Origin: Rhina ancylostomus
Taxonomy: Eukaryota
DNA length: 64,000 nt
Direction: 5' to 3'
NCBI GenBank assembly: GCA_030265395.1
Contig: JARFYF010000104.1
Location: forward strand, 22,735,659-22,799,658
Part shown: in pieces, positions 50,095 to 62,811 of the stretch
How positions within the stretch are numbered: position 1 is the first letter of the stretch
Layout of the letters: each line of letters begins with the position of its first letter
Notes under the pieces: model-generated
What the model was told of the DNA's origin: nothing
What the model saw: only the letters and a program-made list of their open reading frames with translations
The model's database searches: none
Translations under genes and position numbers: made by a program

Positions 50095-51760
50095 CACAAA
50101 GATGTGATTGCACTGGGGAAAGTGCAAAGGGGTTTCACTGGGATGTTGCCTGGGATGGAGCATCTATGAGGAGAGACTGGATTGGCTGTATTTTCCTTGG
50201 AACAGAGAAGGCTGAAGGAGGAGCTGATTGAGGTATATAAATTATGAGGGACATAGATTGGTTAATGATTTTCTTCCCCCCAAGCATCAATATCTCTGAC
50301 CAGAGGGTATAAGTTTAGTGTTAGGGGTAGGAGGTTTAGAGTGGATTTGAGGAAGAATTTCTTTAATCTGGAAAGCACTACCTAAGTGGATGGAGTCAGA
50401 TACTCTCACAAGATTTTAGAATATTTAGATGAACTATGGGCCAGTGAGCCTAACATCAGTGGTGGGTAAGTTACCGGAGGGGATTCTGAGAGATGGGATA
50501 TATCTGGATTTGGAAAGACAAGGACTGATTAGGGATAGTCAGCATAGCTTTGTGTGTTGGAAATCATGTCTCACAAATTTGATTAAGATTTTTGAAGAGA
50601 TGACCAAGAGAGTTGACAAGGGCAGTTATCGATATCTACATGGATTTTAGTAAGGCTTTTGACCAGGTGCCGCATGGTATATTGATCTGGAAAGGTAAGT
50701 TCACATGGGATCTTGAGCGGGCTAACCAATTGGATACAAAATTGGCTCAGTGGAAGGAGTCAGAGGATGGTAGTTCTTTTTTATATTGGAGGCCTGTGAC
50801 CAGTGGTTTGCTGCAGGGTTTGATACTTTTTCCACCATTGCTTGTCGTGCATATTAGCGAGTTAGATGAGGATGTAGGTGGTAAGTTTGAGGATGACACC
50901 AAAATTAGTGCACAGTAAACAAGGTTGTCTAAGGTTATAACAGGATCTTGGTCACCTTGGAAAGTGGTAAAAAGGAATGGCAGATGGAATTTGACTCTGA
51001 CAAGTTTGAAGTAATGAATTTTGGGAAGCTAAACCAGAGCAGGACTTACATAGTGAATGACAGAACCCTGAGGGGTTGTGTAAAACAGAGTGACCTAGAA
51101 GTAGAAGTGGATATTCCATAAAAGTGGCAACAAAGGTATAAAAGGTGGTAAAGAAGGTGTATTGCATGCTTGCCTTCATCAGATAGGGCATTTGGGTTAG
51201 GATGTCACGTTTCAACTGTACAACACATTGGTGAGTCCTCACGTGGAATATTGTGTGCAGTTCTGGTCGCTGTACTGTAGAAGGGATATGAATAAGCTAG
51301 AGAGAGTTCAGAAAGGTTTCACAAGGATGTTGCCAGGATTAGAAGGCTTGAGTTATAAGGAGAGACTAGATAGGCTGGGACTGGGTAACATTTTCACACA
51401 AAGGGTGGTGGGTATATGGAACAAGCTGGCAGAAGAAATGGTAGATGCGGGTACATTTACAANNNNNNNNNNNNNNNNNNNNNNNNNNNNNNNNNNNNNN
51501 NNNNNNNNNNNNNNNNNNNNNNNNNNNNNNNNNNNNNNNNNNNNNNNNNNNNNNNNNNNNNNGCTGGGACTGGGTAACCTTTGCACACAACGGGTGGTGG
51601 GTATATGGAACAAGCTGGCAGAAGAAATGGTAGCTGCGGGTACATTTACAATGTTTAGAAGACATTTGGACAGGTTCATGGATAGGAAAAGTTATGGGCC
51701 AATTGCAGGCAACTTGGTCAGCATAGGTGAGTTGGGTCAAAGAGCCTGATTTTGTGTTGG
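50095..51760 (+). mobile_element. Two abutting CR1 fragments (3' end ~50095-50430; RT to 3' end ~50430-51760)
   Basis: NYGPVSLTSVVGKLPEGILRDGIYLDLERQGLIRDSQHSFV..SCLTNLIKIFEE; DIYMDFSKAFDQVPHG; GKFEDDTKI; VSPHVEYCVQFWSLYCRRDMNKLERVQKGFTRMLPGLEGLSYKERLDRLGL. Confidence 0.92.
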
Positions 51761-51909
51761 ATAGGTCTGTGAGCAGTTAAAATGCAAAGGCATGGAAAGC
51801 TAGAGGCTGAGTGCTGGAAAACAGAATTAATACTTGATGGCTGGTATGGACACATTGGGTTGGAGGATGTAATTCCGGGGCTGTATGACTCAATGGATAG
51901 CAGAAAACA

Positions 51910-52420
51910 TCATGGAAACATAAGAAACAGGAGCAGGACTAGGCCTGTCAGCCCTTCAAATCTGTTTCACCATTCAATACGCTATGGGTGATTCAATCTT
52001 GGGCTCCACACCATTTTCTCACTCTCTTCCATACCCCTTGAATATTTTATATTGTTTAAATGTTTGTCAATCTGCATTTTAAGCATAGTCAATCACCCTG
52101 CTTCCACAGCTCTCTGGTTACGGAATTCAAAAGTCTGTGATACTCCGAGAAAAGTAATTTTTTTTCCTCATCTCCAACTTATTCTGAAACTATGCTCCCA
52201 AGTTCTAAAATTCTCACTAAGGGAAACATCCTTTCAACATCCACTTTGTTAATCCCCTTTGGAACCTTATTTGTTTCAGTACAATCAACTCATTCTTCTT
52301 TACACCAATGAGTATGGACTCAGTCTTTCTTTACATGTCAACCCTTTATCCCAGCAATCAACCTAGGGAACCTTGTCTGCATTACCTCCTTAATAATGAG
52401 ACTAAAATTGCATGTAGAAG
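51910..52420 (-). mobile_element. CR1 3' end
   Basis: aacataagaaacaggagcaggactaggcc..cagcccttc tail; QTRFPRLIAGIKG. Confidence 0.7.
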
Positions 52421-53504
52421 TGGTCTCCAAGAGGAAATCCATAAATAAAGTTAAAAATTTGGTATAATTTGTGCAGTTTAGTATTGGTTGATGAAAAATT
52501 AGTTTAAGACCCTGCAAATTCACATTACAAAGAATCCCTATGGTCAGCTTGGGTAGAGGCTTAAATCATATCGTTTCAGCTTGGTTTCAAATAAAGGACA
52601 AAGAGGTAGAACATCTGTGCTATAAAACCAGCCTTATAGGAAAAATATCCCTTGTATCCATTACAAAATAATTACCAGTGCTGAGCACTACATAACCTGT
52701 CCCATGAGAAAAAGATCTGTATTTATGTAACCAATAATTACCTTACAATCAACATCATCTGTAGGTCTTAAATCAAGCTAGTTCAAAGTTGCAGAGAGGG
52801 GAAGGGGTGGAGGGAACAAAAGGGATGCCAATGATGCAGCGAATACCTTAAGAAACTGAATGAGACAGGTGGTGGTGCAGAGAGAGAGTGGCAAAGGTTT
52901 GTTAAGTATGGCTGATCTGTCTTAAGGAGATGAATGAGAATGGGGTGGGAGAGAAAAAAATACCAGAACTATAAGAAACAGAACATAGTAGATACTGGGA
53001 ACCTGAGACAAAAGAGAATGCCGAAAATACCTAGCAGGTCAGATAGCAAGTATGGAGAGTGAAAAACTGAGTTAATGTCCCAGATTGATAATCTCATGTC
53101 AGAACTGGCCAAAGTCTGGAGATGTGAAATTGAGTAGCTGGGATTGGGGACTGAAAGGTGTGGGGGCAAGGGGTGAAAGGTGAGGAGAGGGGCAGTGGGC
53201 AAGGGCTCCTGAGCTTGATGCCACACCTGTGGATCCATACAAGACTGGCAAATGTCACTGCCTCCCCATGGTCAAAGAGCTGCTCATTGAATTGTGGTGG
53301 GAATTCTGTCCATCTAGAGGTACAGTCAACGTGGCCTGTATACTTCACTACAATTTCAAGAAAAATGCAGGAAGCTGCATCGACAACTATATGTGGCCCT
53401 TTTCATCATCATTGAAGCTTTTAATTCCATCAACCAATAGGGCTGTGGCATTCTCTCCTTATTCATCTCTATTTTATGGTTGCTTTGTGATGGCATTTAA
53501 GCCA

Positions 53505-53800
53505 CGATCCTAACCAACAGGCCTACAACAGAGCCCCAATCTCAGTGACGACAAGACTACGTTAATTGCCCCGACACTTTTCTCAATCTTTCTCGCTGCA
53601 ATGTGGAACCTCACCTCCAACAAATTTTCCTCGGGAGGGATGCTAATCTTCAAAACTAAGAGGAAACTATTAAACCTACACTCCAGAAGGCAGAGCTGCA
53701 GTATTCAGATGATGCCTGTGTTTGCCCAAGGCCAAGCTCCAAGTCATCGTTGACTCATTCATACGAGAGGACGGCCATTGCACATCTGCAAGATCAAGTT
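53505..53800 (+). mobile_element. RTE RT fragment abutting the CpG island
   Basis: LIAPTLFSIFLAAM..ELQYSDDACV; homologous to 16590-16710. Confidence 0.7.
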
Positions 53801-53939
53801 CCTCTACCTACATGCACCTGCTGCACCACAGTGCCCCTGGGCTTTGAAAGGTTTATCCTGTTCTTCTTCCAAAAAGCAGCCTGAGAGCTTTTACGTTTCT
53901 CCTGAGAGAGAGCAGAGAGGTCTTGGCTCCCCTCCTCAC

Positions 53940-54420
53940 CTGGCAACTCCCCCTCAGTGGGCAGCAACCCGCGGTGACGTCCGCCAACGTGCAGGGCTCT
54001 ACGTCATCAGTGGGCGGGTCCTCCCGCCCCTGTCGCTGTTCCCCCTCGAGCTGCTCCGGCATCACGCGCCCGGCAACTGTCAGCCTCAAGCGGGCTCGCG
54101 GCATGGTACTTCCGGTTTGTGACGCGCCTGCACGGCAGGCGGTCTACTTCGGTTGCCGCTGCTTCGGGAGGGGCGTCGGCCGGAGTTCCAGCCCGGGTGA
54201 TCCGTCCCGCAGCGCCGTCCGAGGTTGCGGCTCCCCATCTAGCGCCATCTCCTGAGTGANNNNNNNNNNAGTGAGGAGAGTGGGGCCCTGAGTGTGGGAT
54301 CACTCCCTCTCCCCGGATCACCTCTACCCGGCTCCAGCCCGCAGCCTTGGGCTGCTGAAGTTGTCCTGTCCGCCCATCTCCACTGGTCCTGCAAACGCCG
54401 TGAGGTGAGTATTTGTCTGT
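53940..54420. promoter_or_regulatory. CpG-island promoter of WDR41, probably bidirectional
   Basis: Only CpG-dense, GC-rich stretch in the window. CRE/ATF-like gtgacgtc (53974-53981) and tacgtca (54000-54006), GC boxes gggcggg (54012-54018) and cccgcccc (54023-54030), ETS/GABP acttccggt (54108-54116), several GGCAAC/GTTGCC RFX half-sites; no TATA box. Confidence 0.85.
54120..54404 (+). other. WDR41: Probable non-coding exon 1 of WDR41 (start position uncertain)
   Basis: Consensus donor GAG|GTGAGT at 54404/54405 at the island's 3' edge; the ATG exon has its own acceptor at 61872-61873, so it needs an upstream exon. Confidence 0.65.
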
Positions 54421-55374
54421 CTGCCGGCTGTTCGGTGCACTTCAGACAGTTACAGCTGTCAAACCAGGGTTGATTGTACCACTGACAGGTGAAGTGATTC
54501 AGTCAGCAGAGGGTTTGAGCAACGCCACTACATCTGTGCTGCTCATTGCTGCTGCTTCACGGAATCAACCTACCCAGTCTGAAATTAGTACGTGAATGTT
54601 GCTATATTTTAGAAACGTGATACTGGTGTCAACACCAGGGTACTAATTTCCAATTCATGATAAAAGTATGCTCTTGGGCAGAACTGGATTTATTGCCTTT
54701 ATTATTAAACTGTTGCTCAGCCATCTACTTGAACTTATTGTTTAGTGGGGAGGAAGTTCCAGTGTATAAGTAAACACAGTGCTATCATGTTTTTGGAGGA
54801 TATGAAGTTTTTATTTTACACATTGTCCTTTAAGTGGTGGAGGTTGTGGGTTTTGGAAATATGTAAGAAAATAAGTTGGAGTAGCTGATGGTTAGAACTA
54901 GGATGCTGCCCTGGACTGAGCAACTTCTGCAGTGATATCTTGAGGCTGAAATGATTGGCTCCCAACAACAAATCTTTTCCTTTGTCTTGGGCAAAGCTAC
55001 AGTCAGCAGAAAATTTTCTATTTAATTCCACTTACTGCAGTTTTGCAGTGGCTCCATGATCAAGTGCTGCTTTGATGATGAAGTCTGTCATTTTGAATTT
55101 AATTTCTAGTATTATTTGTCCTTGCTTGAGCCAGTGCCTGGAGATGAGAGTTCCTGGCAGGGCCCAAAATGAGCACGGATGAGCTGGTGAGTAGGCAGTG
55201 ATTGCTTTTCTGATTGACAGTGGATTTGGGCAGAAACTGGACTAAATTAATATGTCCTTCTTTATGTGTTGCCAGTATACGGTTGAACTGGAAGAGCTTG
55301 ACCGGATCTGAAACATCTTTTCAACACTATGTCTTCAGATGGCAAAGTCCCAACTAGTACTGCTTGACAGAATC

Positions 55375-56200
55375 AAGCTGTACAGAAATCAGCTTTTTTC
55401 AGCCCACCTCATCCATGCTGACCGTGGTGCCTATCTAAGCTATTCCTATTTTCTCACATTAGATCTGTATTCCTCTAATCCTTTCCTATCCAAATACTTA
55501 TACAAACATCTTTTTTAAATCTTGTAATTGTATCTGCCTCCACCACCTTTTCTTGCAGCTTGTTACACATATTCACTAATCTCTATGTGGAAAGATTTAC
55601 CCCTTGGATGTCCTTTAAATTTGTCCCCTCTCACCTTAAACCTGTGCCCTCTAGTTCTAGACTCTCTTACCTTGAGAAAAAGATTCTGACAATCTATCCT
55701 ATGTATGCCCCTCATAGTTTTACAAACTTCTATAGGATCACCCCACAGCCTTCTACATTCAGTGAGAATAAACCCAGTTTATCCAGTCTCTGCTTAAACA
55801 ACAGCCCTCCATTCCAGGCAACATTCTAGTGAATCTCTTCTGCACGGTCTCTTGCTACCACATCCTTCCTGTAGCCAGGTGACCAACTGTACACAATACT
55901 CAAGTGCAGACTCACCAATATTTTGTACAGTAACAACATGACTTCCCAACTGCTGTACTTAATAGCTCAGCTTATTGAAGACAAACAAACCAAATACCTT
56001 TCTCACTACTCTATCCACCTGTGTTGCCACTTTCGGGGAGCTATGGACTTGCACTCCAAGGTCTGTGTGTATGTCAATGCCCCTAAGGGTCCTGGCATTT
56101 ACTCTATATGTACTACCAGAATTTGACTTCCCAAACTATATATTACATCCTATTTGTGAGATAACATTCCATCTGCTCTGCCCCTTTGATCTTTCTAGCT
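55375..56200 (-). mobile_element. CR1 LINE 3' region in WDR41 intron 1
   Basis: Reverse complement of a CR1 3' end (cagcccacctcatccatgctgacc..tcaccttaaacctgtgccctctagt..gtgaatctcttctgcac..ctgtacacaatactcaag). Confidence 0.85.
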
Positions 56201-57399
56201 GATCTACTTTGCCTAGATGGTTGCCAGTGGTTAAAAGAGCATGTGAGATCTTGGATTTTATAAATAGAGACACAGAATACAAAAGCTAGGAAGTTGTGAC
56301 GAGCCTTTATACGCATCACAGTATGGTTACAACATGGAAGGCAGCCAATCAGCCTGTTGAATCCCTATTGGCTCTATTTAAGAGCAATCCAGTTAATTTC
56401 ATACCTCTGCTCCCTGTCTCCCACCTCCCCCATGGTTCTTTCAAAGCTATAACTATTGCATTGTGTTCAGGACTGGGTGGTCTACTTTGGTACAGGAGCA
56501 GAAGTTGTTTACAAAAATGATTCCAGAGTGAGGGACTCTAGTCATATAGATTGGAGAAGCTGAGGTTTTGCTTTTAGGGTTCTGCTGTAAGAGGGCTTTG
56601 GGAAGGAATCTATGGAATCTATCAAAGGTGAAAGTGATCAAAGTGGATTTGACACTAAGAATGTCCAAGTAATGGAGAGCAACAATGAACCAAAAAAAGA
56701 AAGACAAGCAAACCATTTAAACACAAATCGGAGGAAGTAATGATCAAAATTTCTAGTTCTCTGGTCAGACTGACATTGAATACTGCATTCAGTTCTGTCT
56801 GCCAATAATGGTGAGACTGCTGGAGGCAGTACAGAGAATAGTTATCACATTGCTCCCTTGTGTCAGGGTCTACATTGTGAGGAAAGATTGAAGAGACTTG
56901 ATCTCTCCATTTTAGAAATGAACCATTTGAGAGGTAACTTTTGAAAGATTGATAAGGCCCTGGGAATAAAAGCATTGACTTGATAATGACTTGAGTCGTA
57001 GTGAAGGGAGATGTGTTAAATTAAGAAGAGATTTTTTTGAGACTTAGCTCTGGTGTCAGAAAGCTTGTACCACAAAACAAGCTTAATGCAAAAGCAAATT
57101 ACTGCAGATCTGAAAGTACATGCTTTAAGTACTCATGCCAGGCAGCATCAATGGAGAGAGAAACAGAGTTAATATTCCAGGCTGATGATTGTCCCCATTT
57201 TGATGAAAGGTCAAGACGTATAGGTTTCAAATGTAGAAAAAAAAGCAAGAGAGATTAAAGAATGTTAATTCTAGGCAGGAAAATAAACAATGTTATTGAG
57301 ACAAGTTGAGCAAAATTCAATGTGGAAGAGGTGTAGTATGCCAAATATGTGGAATTAACATCCACATGGAGCAGGGGAAGCAAAAATCTTGGAATCGCA

Positions 57400-57555
57400 T
57401 ACCCCGGAACTCCCTTGGCATTTTGGCCAGGATTTATCCAAAGACCAATTATCTGAAAAGAAAATAGTCCATCTGGCCACTTATTTCATTGCTGTGTTGT
57501 GGGATCTTATGGTGAGCAAATTGATTGCAGCATTACCCTACATCGCAGCAGTGAT
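57400..57555 (+). mobile_element. Deu-domain SINE 3' fragment
   Basis: ttggccaggatttatcc..atctggccacttatttcattgctgtgttgtgggatctt..gcaaattg..cctacat..cagtga. Confidence 0.55.
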
Positions 57556-58299
57556 CGTTGATTTTTTTTCATTTTCCTGATGCGTTTAAAGGAACTGTCT
57601 TGGGTAAATTTGCCTGCTGGTTAATCTGGCTAATCTCTTAAAGCTGAAGGGATTAGCCAGATTTTTTTAATGAAAGGAAACTGTTCAATCATAACTGAAT
57701 TTCATTTTTCCTGTAAGAATTGGTGCAAATATGAAAGTGAAATAATAGGAATGTTGGAAGTACATGGATCAGCGAGTGTTGAAGGAGAGAGGAGCAGTAA
57801 ATGTTCCAGTTTGATAACTATGACTTTGGGATTTATTGTACTGTACTGGGATTGTTTAAGATTACCTTCTTTATTCCCAGTAACTGCAGGCTGGTTTTTT
57901 TAATATCTGTGGTGGTTGAGGGTTAAGTAACAATAATCAAGGGAAAAACATTAATGGGCATCAGCAGAGGTTTGAGTTGATTAACAGGAGCCAATATAGG
58001 ATTGCAGAAGGTCATGAATGATTAACTTCTTTTTACTTTAGAGGATTGATAAAGGGAATGGACATTGTCTGTACTTGAATTTTAATAAAGCATTTGATTA
58101 ATAGTATCTTACTGCATAAAATGATAAAAGATCATTGACATAAAGCTCTTTTTCTATCCACAGATGCTGCCTGAGTTGCTGAATATTTCCAGCATTTTCT
58201 GTTATTAAACCAAAAAAGGCTGGTTAACAAAATCTGAGATTTGTGGAATAGGATAGTCAGTGAGAAGCTTGATGGTCAACATTAGGACCATGTTTTTAA

Positions 58300-58710
58300 T
58301 GTATTCTATTATCTGAGAGGGAGAGATAGAGGGAGAGGAGACCCTGCTCACCACCTCTTTAAACTACTTCTCTCCGGCTGGCGATACTGGACAATACATG
58401 CACATACCACAAGACTGAAACACAGTTTATTTCCCAAAGCTAGACTCACCATAGTGTTATTTAATGTTTTATGCTGCTATATTGATATGATGCTGATTAT
58501 CACTACTATTATTATCATGGTTCATTTGCACACTTTTTTATACCTTATATTTGTGTAAGTATGTATGTTTTATTTTATAGTTATAATTGCTCTTATCAAT
58601 TTACTGTTCTGGTTCTTATTAGGCAAGGGAGTGCCATCATAATTTTGTTGTGTTGTTGTCCTGCAACAGTACAATGACAAATAAAGAAATCTTGAATCTT
58701 CTTCTTGAAT
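58300..58710 (+). mobile_element. Rex1-type LINE 3' end
   Basis: DPAHHLFKLLLSGWRYWTIHAHTTRLKHSLFPKA, AT-rich UTR, caatgacaaataaag and (TCTTGAA)n tail. Confidence 0.75.
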
Positions 58711-60969
58711 TTAACAAGATGCCATTAATACAGCAAAGTGTCCCAATGCTTTACAGAGGGTTATGAAATTAAATTAAACAAGCCACACCTGGAGATTATA
58801 CAGGTTTTAGCCAAAACATTGATCAAGCCTTGAGTTTTAAGGAGTGTGTGAAAGGATGTACAGAGGCTGAAAGGTTTAGGAAGTGATTTCCAACAGGGTT
58901 GGGGAGGGAAATTTCATACATGATTTTTTGCTATCAACCTAGCCACATGGAGAGAATTTGTCATTAAGGATGCTTGATGTAATCAATGGTATCTTGTTAG
59001 TTGTCCAAAAGAAGCGGGAGAAATCCACCATGACTTTTTTCCCTGAAGGCATTTCCTTCCAGCTGTTTTTTTAAAATCTGTCCTGATATAGGTTTCAGAG
59101 ATGGTTTACGAAGTTGAGCAATCTGAGTTCATAGCATAAGGACTGATTTTCTTTTCAGTTTAAATTGAAACTTTTCTCAGTCTCTGAGCTGAGGGACCTG
59201 ACCTGACCAAAAGCTAGGAGGTGCTACATTAGAAGTTGTTCTGTGACGCCAATCATACCCTCAAAAATTCATCCTCAATAGGAAGAGCTGAATGTGTAAT
59301 TTAGTCATATTTACAAGTTGCTTCTGAATGCTTCTATACTACTGATTTCATAGAAACATAGAAAACCTATAGCACAATTCAGGCCCTTCAGCCCACAAAG
59401 CTGTGCTGAATATGTCCCTACCTTAGAAATTACTCGGCTTACCCATAGCCCTCTATTTTTCTCAGCTCCATGTCCCNNNNNNNNNNNNNNNNNNNNNNNN
59501 NNNNNNNNNNNNNNNNNNNNNNNNNNNNNNNNNNNNNNNNNNNNNNNNNNNNNNNNNNNNNNNNNNNNNNNNNNNNAATAAAATTTGAAATAAATTTACA
59601 TATTTATGATGAGTTTAGATAAAGTAAATGAATTAAAAACTTTTCCCATTACTCGATGACACAAGGACCAGGGAGTACAGATGTAATGTTTTGGATGCAA
59701 GGAAGAACTCCTTATGCCTTTATGCTGATAGGAGTAATATCTTGGACATGCTGTCCAAAAGGATGGTGAAAGCAGAGACAGCCAATGAGTTAATGGGAAA
59801 TTGGATTGACACAAGAAAATAAACTTATAGCGATAGAGTAGAGAGATGGGACTGATGTGAATTTGATGAGGTGAATGGCCTCCTTCAGAATGAATGAATC
59901 TGACTGTATGAATTGGCTACGGAACAGATCTTCCATGTGTATATGCTTCAGCTGCTCAATTGATAAACCCAGTGAACCATTGGGAGAATTCTCTGACCCT
60001 ATTTGGTCCGCTTTCAATTTTGGACATTTGGTTTACCTTGCATTTCTTAATGCATATTTTTAGATTTATCAATAACAAGTGTGTGAATAGGAATCTAGTG
60101 TACCTCTGTTTATTTTTCAACAATTCAGTTGTAATGATACAGTAGATAGCAATTCCTGTTTTTTTTTAACAAAGGGTCTAGAGAGGTTTAAAACATTCTA
60201 TTTAGGCAAGTAAGCCTGTTTTATCTGGCCTGCTGACCTACTGTTTGGCTCTAATGCTTTTGTGCTCTTTTGATGCCTGTTTCAACAAGAAATAAAAGTG
60301 AGGGTTGGTTTTATACCCAGCTTGTTACAGTTTTCAGTACATATCTGGAAGTTGAAGAATTTTGTTTTTGTAGTTGCTGGTCCAGAACCAATAGGAATTG
60401 AAACTTCCAGGCCTAAGATTGTAAAATGGACTAGTTATCTTTTAACAAATAGAAGTCAATATTTTAGATACTGTATGGGAACACCAAAAGAACAAACATT
60501 AAATGTGTATCTGTCTTTTCCTTCCAATGAAAACTCAGAGCTCGTAAAAGGCTGTTTAGAAGCAACAGAGCTGTGTTTCTCTATCCAGTATTTTTAATGT
60601 TGGAGTAGGAAAGTTACATTTACTTAACCAGTCCAGCACATTGAATATTTATTTATTTCAGATTTTTAGTTGCATATGCTATGACCTGAAATTAACTATC
60701 ATACCAAGGCATAAATGATTTCTTCTTTGGTACAAGGATATCAACACAGGGTGGTAGAAATTTGGAATTATCTTCTGCAAACAGCAATTGGCACTAGAGC
60801 AAAAAAAAAGAGCTGCTGGGGGAGCTCAACAGGTCAGGCAGTATCTATGGAGGGAAATGGACAGTTGACGTTTTTATTTAGAGTGATTAGCAAATGAACT
60901 GATTTATTGGTAATGGCTTCATAATTTGAAAATGGTACATATGAAAAGATAAAGAAAAGTGGAAGAAAC

Positions 60970-61190
60970 ATGGGGTGATGCAGCAGTTAGTGCTGTTGCC
61001 TCAGTTCTGGAGCCTGGCTTCAATCCTGATCTCTGATGTTGACTCTGTGGAGTCTTCGTGCTCTCTCTGTGACCACATGTGTTTCCTCCTGCATTTCAAA
61101 GATGCACTGGTAGGCTAACTGGCTTCTGTAAATTATTCATTAGTCTAGGTAAATGGCAAAAGAAGCAAAAAGTGGAGTTGATGGGTACTG
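60970..61190 (+). mobile_element. HE1/V-type SINE, degenerate
   Basis: gtgatgcagcagttagtgctgttgcctc..cctggcttcaatcctgatctc..gtggagt..tctctgtgaccacatgtgtttcctcc. Confidence 0.7.
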
Positions 61191-61882
61191 TAATAATTTG
61201 TATGAAAGATCTCGTCACACATTAGATTGGTACTGTGCTTTTTTCACAGAAATGTAGGGCACTTTTGAACCATTTCCAGTCACATTTATACCATTAGTCC
61301 CCCCACCACCACCACCAAAGCTATTTCATTAACCCCAAGTAGAAGTACCTCTTGTATAGAGCCTTGCTTACTAAGAGTACATATTTTGAAATCGGGTGTC
61401 CTCAGTTGTCTCATAATTAAAATTAATGGATGAAATATCTTGTGGGACCCTTGTCATTTCTAGATTTCTTTGACATGTATGTAGCATCAATTCTAAGGTG
61501 TATGTTAAAGGAGAGAGCCCTTGATGCATCCCTGCAAAGAATGAAAATAAGTTGTCTTTCCATGTTACTTTGCTTCTACAAAAAACAATTCTTTCAAACA
61601 AATCTCCCCTTTTAATATTGCAGTACTTTGGATTGACTTGGCAATCCATTTTTTTTATCCCTCTGATATAATCACAGAATGATTCAGAAACAAGATAATT
61701 CAGACAGTTCTGCTGATGTTTGAAGATTACAGAAATTTGAGAGATGATGACAGAATTAAGATCCCTCTTTTCTAACCAAGATATTAATTCATCTGAGGTT
61801 ATTTAAAAGCTATGCATGGTTATTATCACTAGTTCTTGACTGGCTTTATTTAATGTATCTCATTTTCTTGCAGGGTTGAGGG

Positions 61883-61930
61883 ATGTTGCGGTGGTTGCTG
61901 GGAGGAAGGGATGTGCAAGAACCAGTGGAG
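61883..61930 (+). CDS. WDR41: WD repeat-containing protein 41, first coding exon (exon spans 61874-61930)
   Basis: Acceptor ttttcttgcag, ATG at 61883, MLRWLLGGRDVQEPVE (human, from memory: MLRWLIGGGREPQGLAE), phase-0 donor GAG|GTGAGA. Confidence 0.93.
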
Positions 61931-62417
61931 GTGAGATATAAAACTTTCATTTTGTTGTTAATTTATATATATTGGATTCTTAGATATATTGTGCCTTTTT
62001 TTTGTTAATTAGTTGGATGAAGAACTTTTTTTTAAAATTCCAAATCTCTAAGATATTTTCTGCCGTTCTGAGTTGATTAAAAACTGTTCCAGGCGTAATT
62101 GCAAGTGACTCACTATGGCAGTGCCATCATTACATGTTTATTTTCACCATAATTTGGAGTAAATGTCTGCTCTTTGCCCTTTGAACATAGAACAGAATAT
62201 TCTATGTTTAGTTCTGCTTTAAATGTTTCATTGATAGGATTTGGTATCTTCTATTTGTGCTTTGGATTATTTATTTTTTAAAAATAATTTTGTAGACTGC
62301 TAATGTATTGTTCAGTTGTTATAATATCCTATATTTTCAGAATATTCTTTCAAGTAAGTTTCTTCACTTTTTGTAATGAACTTGGCAGTAATAATTTTTA
62401 TCTTTTAAATGTTTTAG

Positions 62418-62533
62418 AAATCACTGGTTCTATGCTTGGGAGATGACCAACCACAGAATCCCTACACAGAACTCCAGGTACTAAAAGGTCATAGTGATAT
62501 TGTTCGCTTCATGGTATGGATTGATGATATCAG
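62418..62533 (+). CDS. WDR41: WDR41 second coding exon (116 nt; start of the first WD repeat); gene continues beyond the window
   Basis: Acceptor gttttag; KSLVLCLGDDQPQNPYTELQVLKGHSDIVRFMVWIDDI(R) versus human KSPLQTIGEEQTQNPYTELLVLKAHHDIVRFLVQLDDYR; donor CAG|GTTAGA; in frame with the previous exon. Confidence 0.95.
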
Positions 62534-62811
62534 GTTAGATTTAATTATTTTTGCTTCCTTCATATGTGTTATGGAATTTTCATACATTGCCATTATGGAA
62601 TCTTTCCAACTGGGGAATTTAAAATTTCTAATTTAAATATGGTAAATTGTGCATATTGTAAAGGAAGCAGGATGAAAAGAATTCCATATTGCAACACTAT
62701 CATTTTTTGTTGAGAAATTCCAAATATTCAGAAATATGCTGTTCAAATTTTAAAATGTTGTCTGAATATCATTATAAGCTGGGAAAGGGGTTGGAGAGTA
62801 CTGAGTTTATG

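Noticed and set aside
51375-51650. ~88-bp repeat on both sides of a gap and the 173-aa ORF across it
   Set aside because: Probable haplotype or overlap artefact inside a CR1; ORF length is inflated by Ns.
1-53900. OTP exons
   Set aside because: No homeodomain or OAR-coding sequence seen; OTP proximity is inferred only from human synteny.
53778-54321. Overlapping ORFs in the CpG island as standalone genes
   Set aside because: Long open frames are expected at high GC; no recognisable homology.
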